DNA of 64,000 nt. Origin: Parvularculaceae bacterium (GTDB taxonomy: Bacteria; Pseudomonadota; Alphaproteobacteria; Caulobacterales; Parvularculaceae). Numbering within the stretch: position 1 is the stretch's first letter; each line of letters starts with the position of its first letter. This document shows, piece after piece, positions 9,881 through 18,062 of this stretch. The stretch spans positions 56,161-120,160 of the forward strand of contig DAIMGF010000008.1 in NCBI GenBank assembly GCA_036724105.1, given 5' to 3'. A program made the translations under genes and the position numbers. Under the pieces are notes generated by a model. The model did not search any database. It worked only from the letters and a program-made list of their open reading frames with translations, and had not been told where the DNA came from.

Positions 9881-10090
9881 TTAACCTTTTTTGTTCGGCT
9901 CGGCGTGCATCCACTGGATCAGGAACTTTGCCGGAAACGCCCAGGCGACGCCCGCTACAAGGAAATAGGCGGCTTTCATGAGCTGAAAGTCAGGCACGCG
10001 CTCGCCGAGCGCTGCGGCCGCGAAAAAGTAAACAATGAGCCCCGGCAGGAACAACGAGAAGCCGATCAGTTTCTTGATACGGGGCGGCAT
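9881..10090 (-). CDS. DUF2842-like small membrane protein
   Basis: The ATG at 10090 has AGGA upstream. The 69-aa, two-TM protein is MPPRIKKLIGFSLFLPGLIVYFFAAAALGERVP...AFPAKFLIQWM. This family typically sits next to ctaA in alphaproteobacteria. The longer track ORF 9881..10381 overlaps the neighbouring gene, so I trimmed it. Confidence 0.65.
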   Translation of the reverse strand: MPPRIKKLIGFSLFLPGLIVYFFAAAALGERVPDFQLMKAAYFLVAGVAWAFPAKFLIQWMHAEPNKKG

Positions 10091-10124
10091 GACGCTCGTC
10101 CTTTCGAATCTGCCGGGATTCGCG

Positions 10125-10946
10125 TCAGAACACCGGCGTCTTAACCAGGATGAATTCATAACTGTCGTTAAACATGATTTCCAGCGGTCGTTTGTGGGCG
10201 TTGCCGACAATAATAAGCATCCTGTCGCCGGGATCGACCAGCTTCTGGGTTTTTGCGAACATCCGCGCGTTCCGTCCCTGATAGCGACCGTAAAAATCAG
10301 GCCCGGCCCAATTATCGTCAACGCCGACGCTGATTTCCACCAGCAGCATACGCGCCTGTGAGTAATCTGCGTCTGCGCCATTCAGCCTGTTCATGATGTC
10401 TGCTAGCGGCGCATCCGCCATGAATGCCTGTAATTCTTTTGCGTAATCCGTGATGAGGGGAATCCAGTCCTTGTAAGCTTCATCGTCACCGCGGGATTCA
10501 GCGTAGGCGAGAAAATCCTGCCAGCCGTCATAAGCGTCGAACGACGGCGTCGGCGGGAATTCCGCATCGATACAATGAACCTGCGGTAGATCCATTTTTG
10601 CAGCAATGCGAAAGCCGAGCTGCTGGCGCTCATTACGCCCAAGGCCGTGTTCGCCGCGCCGCCATTTGTCGTAATAGCCGTTGAGTTCCGCCTCATAGTC
10701 AGCGCGGCATTCAAGGCCGATATGCGTTGGCGCGTATTCGGCGATTTTTTCAACGATCTCAACGAGCGCCTTTTGATGTTCGGGCAGGCGGATATCAGGC
10801 GTTTCCGTCTGGTGGAAATGAAATACGCCGAGCACCATGGCGTCAGCTTTATCTGCATTCTTCAATCGTTCGAGCGCAGATGTGTCTTCGGCATGCGCCG
10901 GGGCCGCAATCAAAGCCGCGCTTATGGCAAAAGTCCGCAAATTCAT
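10125..10946 (-). CDS. secreted hypothetical protein (TraB/GumN- or DUF5694-like, tentative)
   Basis: Signal peptide LIAAPAHA-E and an N-terminal MVLGVFHFH motif reminiscent of the TraB/GumN-type fold. The family assignment is tentative. Confidence 0.6.
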   Translation of the reverse strand: MNLRTFAISAALIAAPAHAEDTSALERLKNADKADAMVLGVFHFHQTETPDIRLPEHQKALVEIVEKIAEYAPTHIGLECRADYEAELNGYYDKWRRGEHGLGRNERQQLGFRIAAKMDLPQVHCIDAEFPPTPSFDAYDGWQDFLAYAESRGDDEAYKDWIPLITDYAKELQAFMADAPLADIMNRLNGADADYSQARMLLVEISVGVDDNWAGPDFYGRYQGRNARMFAKTQKLVDPGDRMLIIVGNAHKRPLEIMFNDSYEFILVKTPVF

Positions 10947-11058
10947 CGGATTTGTCCCCTTTTCTATGGAGCGCGACGCCAGGTCGCGCGATTCTTTTTT
11001 TTTATTGTCCTATATCGCCAACCAAGAAGCCCTTTGAAAAGAGATCCCGCCGCACAAT

Positions 11059-12081
11059 ATGAGCGTTTCACCTCAAAAAGGTCACCGGCAGGTCGCGCTA
11101 TGGCTGCTTGTCATGTGCGGGCTGGTAGCAGCCATGGTGATCGTCGGCGGCGCAACGCGGCTGACGGACTCTGGCCTTTCCATCACCGAATGGCGGCCCG
11201 TGACGGGCGCAATCCCACCATTGAGCGACGAGCACTGGATTGAGGAATTCGAGAAATACAAAACCATCCCGGAATATGAGGAAGTCAATTACGGGATGAG
11301 TCTTGATGAATTCAAAACAATTTACTGGTGGGAATGGGGACACCGCCTGTTGGGGCGGGTGATTGGCGCAGCTTTTTTCTTTCCCATGGTGTTCTTTATC
11401 GTGACTGGAAAAGCGCGCAGCGTGCTTGCCTATAAGCTTATCGGACTTTTTCTGCTGGGAGGCATGCAAGGCGCGCTTGGCTGGTGGATGGTGTCGTCGG
11501 GACTCGCCGATCGCGTGGATGTCAGCCAGTACCGGCTGGCGGCGCATCTTTCGCTTGCCGTCATTCTCTTTGGGCTGATGTTTTGGCTGGCGCTTGATCT
11601 TTGGCCTTCACGAAAACTGAATGCGTCAAAGGGAGTAGCGCTTGGGGCCATTGCACTTACGGCGGGCGTATTCATGCAGATGATGCTTGGCGCCTTCGTG
11701 GCGGGCCTGCGCGCCGGGCGCACTTTCAACACCTGGCCGCTTATGGATGGAAAGTTTTTTCCTGACGGTTATTTCGACGGCGCGCCGGGTCTGAATGACT
11801 TTTTCGAGACCATCGCCGCCGTGCAGTTCAATCACCGCATCGGCGCCTATCTGCTCTCGGCCGGCGCTGTGTGGTTCTATCTTTCAGCGCGCAAAACGAA
11901 ACTGGAGTCGCGGGCGCGGCTTGTGCTGGCGGCAGTGGGGTTGCAGTTGGTGCTCGGCGTCTGGACTATCCTGGCTGCAACGCCGATTTCACTCGGGCTC
12001 GTGCATCAGGCCGGTGCGCTGGGCGTGCTCGCGGCAGCGCTTTATGCGGCGCACGGAACTGCAAAAACCGATACGCCTTAA
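11059..12081 (+). CDS. ctaA: heme A synthase (COX15/CtaA)
   Basis: GGATRLTDSGLSITEWRPVTGAIPPL...FEKYKTIPEYEEVN...WWEWGHRLLGR and eight TM segments match type-2 CtaA. Confidence 0.9.
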   Translation: MSVSPQKGHRQVALWLLVMCGLVAAMVIVGGATRLTDSGLSITEWRPVTGAIPPLSDEHWIEEFEKYKTIPEYEEVNYGMSLDEFKTIYWWEWGHRLLGRVIGAAFFFPMVFFIVTGKARSVLAYKLIGLFLLGGMQGALGWWMVSSGLADRVDVSQYRLAAHLSLAVILFGLMFWLALDLWPSRKLNASKGVALGAIALTAGVFMQMMLGAFVAGLRAGRTFNTWPLMDGKFFPDGYFDGAPGLNDFFETIAAVQFNHRIGAYLLSAGAVWFYLSARKTKLESRARLVLAAVGLQLVLGVWTILAATPISLGLVHQAGALGVLAAALYAAHGTAKTDTP

Positions 12082-12141
12082 GCGTTCGCGCATTCGGCCC
12101 GGGTTCGCTATGATGTCCCGAGAATCGCGCAGGAGGCGCTG

Positions 12142-13023
12142 ATGTCCGGCATTCAAGGTCTTTTATGTCCCATCGCCATGATGACGTTCACGTCGCCGAA
12201 CCTCGATTACGTAGAGTCGAGATATGAGCAATACCTTGGATATGAAGTCCGTGCGGAAGGGATCATATCCGAAGAATTAGCGAAAAGCTGGGGCGCGCCG
12301 AATACAGAGGGCCGTCGTTATCTTCTGTTGGGACCAGAGTCGGGCGACCGGACGTACCTTCGGGTTATCGAAGCGCCAGCGACCGAGACATCCGTCAAAC
12401 CGATCCATACATATGGCTGGACTACGGCGGAGATCATCGTTCGCGATGCATATACGCTTTCGGCACGTTTAAAGAACTCGCCGTTTGAAGAAGAAACCGC
12501 GAACCGCGTCATCAGGCTCAACTTTACCGATCACATCACGAATTTCCGCGTCGTCGGACCCGATGGCGAAGCCATGTATCTGTCGCAGATTGACGGCGAG
12601 GTACCGAACCTTCCGCTGAATAAGGCCGAGTCCTTCGTCGATGAAATCATCATGACCGTGAATACCAGCAAGGATCCGTCGGCGGCGCGGGAATTTTACG
12701 AAAAGCTGTTTAACGTTCCCGCGCTGGCGCCGTTCGGGGTCGGGGAAAGAAAGCTGAATATTGTGCCGTTGCCGGAAGGGTGTCTCGTAGAGATTGATCC
12801 GCCAGCAGACGATACTGCAGAGCGGCCCGTCGCGAGGGGAGAGTTGCCGCCTGGTATGGCGATGACAACGTATTATATGGAATCGCTTGATCGCGATGAT
12901 GTTGAATTTATCAAGGCGCCCAGAATTTACGAAGAGGCGCCATATGTTCGCCGCCGGGCGGCAACAATTCGCGGCCCTTCAGGCGAACTGATTGAATTGA
13001 TCGAATTTAAGATGCAGCCGTGA
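12142..13023 (+). CDS. VOC (glyoxalase/dioxygenase) superfamily-like protein
   Basis: AGGAGG lies 5 nt upstream of the ATG. Two repeats end in GPDGEAMYLSQI and RGPSGELIELIEF, which are typical VOC beta-alpha-beta-beta-beta module endings. Confidence 0.55.
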   Translation: MSGIQGLLCPIAMMTFTSPNLDYVESRYEQYLGYEVRAEGIISEELAKSWGAPNTEGRRYLLLGPESGDRTYLRVIEAPATETSVKPIHTYGWTTAEIIVRDAYTLSARLKNSPFEEETANRVIRLNFTDHITNFRVVGPDGEAMYLSQIDGEVPNLPLNKAESFVDEIIMTVNTSKDPSAAREFYEKLFNVPALAPFGVGERKLNIVPLPEGCLVEIDPPADDTAERPVARGELPPGMAMTTYYMESLDRDDVEFIKAPRIYEEAPYVRRRAATIRGPSGELIELIEFKMQP

Positions 13024-13057
13024 TAATCGAATTTGCGGGAATAGAGAACCGTATGCG

Positions 13058-14197
13058 TCACTCAGGCTGTACGCTGAATTCCGGAATCGAAATCTGAAGC
13101 TCGCGCTCGCCGTCCTGGGTTTCACCTCTGGCCCCGACAGCGCCCCCGGCGGAAAGCGACAATGCATTATACAAACTGCTTGCCGGCGTAATGCGGACGA
13201 TCGGGCCTTCGGCGCCGACGGCGCCAAACGCAAGAATGCCGTCGCGATAAAGCGAGCCTAGATTGGCGCTCGACGCGCCCATGACATTTGCCGGTTCAGC
13301 GTTCTGCATCCGGTCAGTGCCGGCGAACTGGACGACGCCCAATGCATTGCCGGTCTCCGCATCCACGACGTGCACTGCGCCGTCGGCCTCGTCCAGCAAC
13401 AATATCCGCCTGCTAATGCTTTCGCCTTCCTCACCGGAAAGAGAAGAAATAATCACGAGATCGCCGGGCGTTTCCGCCTCAGTTTGCGCGAATGGCGCGG
13501 TGAATGCGTTATCGCCGATCAGGCGATAGATCGCGCCCTGATCGTCGGCGATAAGCACGACGCCATCGCTGTCGACTGTACAACTCACGAGGTTGTCCGG
13601 CGCATCAATCGCGGCTTCTCCGGAAGCGGTTACGCCATCTGCGTCGCCGGTCAGGTTGAAGAGCCTTAAGCGCGCATTCTGCACGACGAACAGCGTCGGC
13701 GTCAGCGCGCTTCGCGCGCGGCCCATGCAGAATCCGCGAACGGCGCCGCGAATTGAGGGGCCTGTATTCAAAGGCAAAAACGCGCGGGAGGCGTTATCGA
13801 TTCCGTAAAAGCGGAACAGACTGTCGGCTTCATCAAAAAAAGCGACAAAGCCGGGCGCGCGCGCTCCAAGCCCGACATAACTCACCGCTGCGCCTTGGGC
13901 GTTAAACCCGTCGATTCGCCCGACTTCCACGCCGTCATCCATATTGTAGGAAACGACGCCGTTTTCACTGGAAACGATCAACAAGCTGTTAAAGGGAAGC
14001 GACGGATGCTCCCAGAAGGCGACGCCGGTCGACGGCGCTGAAAGGCCGGGCAGATCGTCGCTTAATAATGCCTCAACGGGGCCTGTAGGCTGCTTGACCT
14101 CAATTTCATCTGGCGCCGCTGCCTTATCTGTCGTCTCGCTGCCACAGGCTACGACAAGCATGAAAGCGGCAAGGGCGAGGGGGGCGGCGATACGCAT
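13058..14197 (-). CDS. beta-propeller phytase (BPP)-domain lipoprotein
   Basis: The ATG at 14197 has GGAG upstream, and the lipobox is LVVAC-GS. GVAFWEHPSLPFNSLLIVSSENGVVSYNMDDG resembles the BPP motif (DDPAIW...). The function is not established. Confidence 0.55.
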   Translation of the reverse strand: MRIAAPLALAAFMLVVACGSETTDKAAAPDEIEVKQPTGPVEALLSDDLPGLSAPSTGVAFWEHPSLPFNSLLIVSSENGVVSYNMDDGVEVGRIDGFNAQGAAVSYVGLGARAPGFVAFFDEADSLFRFYGIDNASRAFLPLNTGPSIRGAVRGFCMGRARSALTPTLFVVQNARLRLFNLTGDADGVTASGEAAIDAPDNLVSCTVDSDGVVLIADDQGAIYRLIGDNAFTAPFAQTEAETPGDLVIISSLSGEEGESISRRILLLDEADGAVHVVDAETGNALGVVQFAGTDRMQNAEPANVMGASSANLGSLYRDGILAFGAVGAEGPIVRITPASSLYNALSLSAGGAVGARGETQDGERELQISIPEFSVQPE

Positions 14198-14219
14198 ACG
14201 GAACTCCGTCGTCGACTTA

Positions 14220-14819
14220 TCAGCCCTCGTCCGGGGCTGTTTCACGTTTCCACGTGTATGTCCGATTTGGCCGCCATTCGCCATCGACGATATTGTAACT
14301 TTCCGTCACATGGGTTTCTGCATCCGGGTTGTAGGCGATATGGCCCTGCAAAGTAGGCGCGCCCTGCGGCGGGTAAAACGTCTGGGCGGTTTTCGTCCTG
14401 TCGTCCTCGCGCCAGAGGACGCCGACGCCCATCGCGCCGCCAAACCCGAACTGCTCCAGCACTGCTTTTCCTTCTCCTGCATGCCAATACTGCCGAAACC
14501 GCCAGTAATCGCCCGTCTCCTTGCCGTCGACGATCCCGAAAAGACGTCCTGTCATGGAATTGGCGTAACCTTTTTTCCATTCAATGGCGTAGGCCTCCAT
14601 GGGCTCGCTCTCGCTTTGATACTCGGCGTTTGAAGTGACCCACCGGCCGCCGTCTTTCGTCAGGAATTCGATGTCGTCGAGATACCATTGCGGCGCAGGC
14701 GACGCGGTATCTGGCGGCGTCTCACGCTGAAGGGTGAGGGCGATGGAGGGGGCTGCGCTTTCTTCGGCGTAGCCGTTTGAAAAGGCAGGCAACAACGCCA
14801 GGACAATTGCTAATCGCAT
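14220..14819 (-). CDS. secreted hypothetical protein
   Basis: A signal peptide (LLPAFSNGYA-E) and coding-like composition. It lies 22 nt upstream of the BPP lipoprotein on the same strand, so the two probably form an operon. Confidence 0.55.
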   Translation of the reverse strand: MRLAIVLALLPAFSNGYAEESAAPSIALTLQRETPPDTASPAPQWYLDDIEFLTKDGGRWVTSNAEYQSESEPMEAYAIEWKKGYANSMTGRLFGIVDGKETGDYWRFRQYWHAGEGKAVLEQFGFGGAMGVGVLWREDDRTKTAQTFYPPQGAPTLQGHIAYNPDAETHVTESYNIVDGEWRPNRTYTWKRETAPDEG

Positions 14820-15118
14820 GGCTGCACCTCAATCTGCTGTTTCTGTTGCGACATCTTCGATAGTGCGCCCCTGCCAGTCGGGCGTCAATTCCGGGACCTG
14901 ATTACGCAATGCGGACCTCCGAATTCATTTTATCGAATCGCGAATCGGAAGATATTTCACATGCTTGCAGGAACCGGCGTTTCGTGGCCACGCAAGCAGA
15001 CCCACGAAAATAACGGTTTCGGCAAACAGTCGCCTGTTCGATGCAGTCGTCTGCGCCTGTCTACTTATGCCGCGGCGGTCGTTTTCTGACGGTGCGTTTT
15101 CAGTCAAGGGGGAATAAA

Positions 15119-15823
15119 ATGTTGATTTCTCGATTTCTTGCGTCGGCCATTGCGACCGCTGGAATGTTCACCGCGTCCGCTAACGCCACGACGTTCATTT
15201 TCAAATCCGGTGGCGCGTTCATAGACACGCCGACTGGCAATGTCGCCATGGATTGCGGCACCGTGGGCGCCGATCTTTGCACCGATGATGATTCGCTGGG
15301 ATTCAGCTATTCCAAGGACGGCGTGAATTTCACCGCATCGGCGTATCAATATACGGATAATACCTATGCTGATCGCGATACGACGCTGTTAATTCAGGAT
15401 ATCTCTCCGGAAAACTCCGGTCTCGGCGCTTTCTCCGAGAATGACGTCAAAAACGATCAGACGCAGTTCAACACGCTTGAATCGATTGAATTCGTTTTCG
15501 ATAGCGCCGTCTTCATGACCAACATTGAATTCAACGCCGGCGACGATCAGGATTGCTCCGGCCCGCAGGGGGAAGGCCCATGCGGCGATTTCGACCTCTG
15601 GATTGACGGGATGTTCTTCGCCACGATGACGGCGGTCGATTTCTTGACGGATGTTTTCATCGGCACGACTTTCGAATTTCGCGCCGTGACGCCGAACGCT
15701 GGATTTGCGATCGCTCAGTTTGAAGTGAGGGAAGTGCCAATCCCGGGTGCTATACCGCTGTTCCTGGCGGGTCTGGCGGGTCTCGGTTTTGCCTCTCGCC
15801 GGAGCAAAAGTAAGCAGAGCTAA
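15119..15823 (+). CDS. VPLPA-CTERM (PEP-CTERM-like) sorting-domain protein
   Basis: GGGGGA Shine-Dalgarno sequence, signal peptide FTASANA-T, and the C-terminal tripartite signal VPIPGAIPLFLAGLAGLGFASRRSKSKQS. Confidence 0.8.
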   Translation: MLISRFLASAIATAGMFTASANATTFIFKSGGAFIDTPTGNVAMDCGTVGADLCTDDDSLGFSYSKDGVNFTASAYQYTDNTYADRDTTLLIQDISPENSGLGAFSENDVKNDQTQFNTLESIEFVFDSAVFMTNIEFNAGDDQDCSGPQGEGPCGDFDLWIDGMFFATMTAVDFLTDVFIGTTFEFRAVTPNAGFAIAQFEVREVPIPGAIPLFLAGLAGLGFASRRSKSKQS

Positions 15824-15850
15824 CCGCGAACACGCTGACCAAAACAAACG

Positions 15851-15882
15851 AAACAACGGCCTCTGACTTGCGTTGTTTTTAA
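15851..15882 (+). terminator. intrinsic terminator after first VPLPA-CTERM gene
   Basis: An 8-bp stem (aaacaacg / cgttgttt) runs straight into a T-rich tail (cgttgtttttaa). Confidence 0.5.
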
Positions 15883-16017
15883 CGAAACAGATCAACGCTC
15901 AGCAGCTTCGTTGCCTGTCTATGGAGTCCGCAAAAAATCCCTTTGTTAAGGGGTTTACACAATGCTATTGTGGTAATGTGGAAAGGTGCGGTCTGGTACG
16001 GGCCGCTATGGTGTATC

Positions 16018-16662
16018 ATGAAAAACTTGGTTGCGGCGGTAGCCGCGGGCGCAACGCTTCTGGCGGCGAATGCGCATGCCGAATACTTGGATTTCGTCGC
16101 AGAGGCCGCTGGCAATGAGCGCGGAGTTGCAGACGGAACGATCATTAACTTTGGAGGTCTTGACGTTACATTCACGTCGCTAAGCGCAGGCGCGTTTTTC
16201 GCGTATTTCGACGATCTGTCGAACGGAAAACCGGCGGGCCTAGGCGTGTGCGAGATCCTTATCGCGGGACCGGGATCGGCATGCGCCAACCCGGGAGATG
16301 ACAATATTCGTCTGGGCGATGCGGTTACGCTGACGTTCGGTGAAACCGTTGCGGTCAGCTCTTTTTCGTTCACCGACGCCGATCACAACGATCTGAATTT
16401 GAACAATACCAATACGTTGTTGATCGCGATTAATGATCCGAACGCATTCGTGCAATATACCTTCGCTGAGGCGGTTGCGCTGGTCATCGCAGGGGTCGAT
16501 CTGATCCGGTTTGCTTTCGACGATGCCGGGACCGGCGTTCAGTTTTACGTAAACGGGTTTGAGGCGACGCCGGTGCCGCTTCCTGCGGCGGCTCCTTTGC
16601 TGCTCCTGGGATTGGCCGGGCTCGGGCTTACTTCACGTCGTCGCCGTAAAAAACAGGCTTGA
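16018..16662 (+). CDS. VPLPA-CTERM (PEP-CTERM-like) sorting-domain protein, paralogue
   Basis: Signal peptide LLAANAHA-E and the C-terminus ATPVPLPAAAPLLLLGLAGLGLTSRRRRKKQA, a textbook VPLPA-CTERM signal. Confidence 0.85.
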   Translation: MKNLVAAVAAGATLLAANAHAEYLDFVAEAAGNERGVADGTIINFGGLDVTFTSLSAGAFFAYFDDLSNGKPAGLGVCEILIAGPGSACANPGDDNIRLGDAVTLTFGETVAVSSFSFTDADHNDLNLNNTNTLLIAINDPNAFVQYTFAEAVALVIAGVDLIRFAFDDAGTGVQFYVNGFEATPVPLPAAAPLLLLGLAGLGLTSRRRRKKQA

Positions 16663-16708
16663 TATAGATTGCTGTTGAACTGGGCGTGATGTTATCTAAT
16701 TTAGTTAA

Positions 16709-16730
16709 ATGAGGTATCTAGATACCTCAT
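16709..16730. repeat. 22-bp perfect palindrome ATGAGGTATCTAGATACCTCAT
   Basis: Read directly from the sequence. It sits in an AT-rich spacer between the second VPLPA-CTERM gene and rplM, and could be a terminator hairpin or an operator. Confidence 0.6.
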
Positions 16731-16865
16731 AAATAATGCCCTGATTTCACACATTTTCTTGGAATAATGTTGACGAAACCGGATTCGGGCTGTACCTGCC
16801 GCGCTTCGCGTTGCGGGACAGGCCCGTTCTGGCCGGTTTCGCCTCAAGAATTCAGGATAAACGAA

Positions 16866-17339
16866 ATGAAAACCTACGCCATGAAACCGGCGGAAGCGGC
16901 GGACCAGAAAAACTGGATCGTGATCGACGCAGAGGGCCTCGTTGTGGGCCGCCTCGCGTCCGTCATCGCCACCCGCCTGCGCGGCAAACACAAGCCCGCC
17001 TATACCCCGCATGTGGACTGCGGCGATAACGTCGTCGTCGTGAATGCAGAAAAGGTCGTCTATACCGGCCGCAAAATGAGCAACAAAAAGTTCTACTGGC
17101 ACACCGGCTATCCCGGCGGCATCAAGGAACGCACCATGGAGAAGCTGCTTGGCGGCGCCCATCCTGAGCGCGTGCTGATGAAGGCGGTTGAGCGCATGAT
17201 GCCGAAGGATTCGCCGCTTGCCCGCAAGCAGATGACGAACCTCAAAATCTACGCCGGCGCGGAGCATCCGCATGAGGCGCAAAGCCCTGCGAAACTCGAC
17301 GTCGCGGCCATGAATTCCAAGAACCAGAGAGACGCCTAA
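16866..17339 (+). CDS. rplM: 50S ribosomal protein L13
   Basis: [63 protein letters not shown] is canonical L13. The ATG is at 16866. Confidence 0.95.
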   Translation: MKTYAMKPAEAADQKNWIVIDAEGLVVGRLASVIATRLRGKHKPAYTPHVDCGDNVVVVNAEKVVYTGRKMSNKKFYWHTGYPGGIKERTMEKLLGGAHPERVLMKAVERMMPKDSPLARKQMTNLKIYAGAEHPHEAQSPAKLDVAAMNSKNQRDA

Positions 17340-17831
17340 ATGAGCACGACATCCCTAGAAGACCTGAAAGACGTCGCCGCCGAAGCTGGCGTCGTCGCCG
17401 CGCCAGAAGAAGTTGCGCCGCCGGCTGAACCGAAGATCGACGCGCTGGGCCGCGCCTACGCCACCGGCAAACGTAAAACGGCCGTCGCACGCGTATGGAT
17501 CAAGCCGGGCGCCGGTCGGATTTCCGTTAACGGCAAGGACCACACCGAATATTTCGGCCGCGCCGTGCTGCAGATGATCATCAAGCAGCCGCTGGTCGCC
17601 GCAGAGCGCAACGATCAGTTCGACGTTGTCTGCACGGTTTCGGGTTCTGGTCCTTCCGGCCAGGCCGGCGCCGTTCGCCACGGCATTGCCCGTGCGCTCA
17701 CCTTCTATGAGCCAGGCTTGCGCCCGACCCTAAAAAAGGGCGGTTTCCTGACTCGCGACTCGCGCACCGTGGAACGCAAGAAATACGGCCGTAAGAAAGC
17801 CCGCCGTTCGTTCCAGTTCTCGAAACGCTAA
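17340..17831 (+). CDS. rpsI: 30S ribosomal protein S9
   Basis: [21 protein letters not shown]...[17 protein letters not shown] is canonical S9. It starts 1 nt after the rplM stop. Confidence 0.95.
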   Translation: MSTTSLEDLKDVAAEAGVVAAPEEVAPPAEPKIDALGRAYATGKRKTAVARVWIKPGAGRISVNGKDHTEYFGRAVLQMIIKQPLVAAERNDQFDVVCTVSGSGPSGQAGAVRHGIARALTFYEPGLRPTLKKGGFLTRDSRTVERKKYGRKKARRSFQFSKR

Positions 17832-17873
17832 TCGCGTCTCGAAGACGTTTCCAAAGGTTAATCTTTTGCGGAG

Positions 17874-17912
17874 CGCCGTAAGCCAGCTTTTAAGCGGTTT
17901 ACGGCGTTTCCT
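17874..17912 (+). terminator. candidate rplM-rpsI terminator
   Basis: An 8-bp stem (cgccgtaa / ttacggcg) with a 17-nt loop, followed by tttcctta. Confidence 0.45.
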
Positions 17913-18018
17913 TATCAGATCTGTAATGTTTGGAGCGTGTTCGTGTCCGATCGTTAATTTGAGATCGGGGGCGGTGCGATGGACTATATAGTCCTCCCAC
18001 AACACAGTTTCCCAAGAG

Positions 18019-18057
18019 CGCCGCTTCCAGTTTCAGAAGCGGCGTTCTTCATTTGTT
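18019..18057 (+). terminator. intrinsic terminator (plus strand)
   Basis: A 9-bp GC-rich stem (cgccgcttc / gaagcggcg) with an 8-nt loop, followed by ttcttcatttgtt. Confidence 0.6.
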
Positions 18058-18062
18058 GGGCG

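Noticed and set aside
9881-10381. The 166-aa ORF overlapping the 3' end of the 10125..10946 gene.
   Set aside because: Only the last 69 aa (from the ATG at 10090, with AGGA upstream) look like a real protein (DUF2842-like, two TM segments). The upstream part overlaps the neighbouring CDS in another frame.
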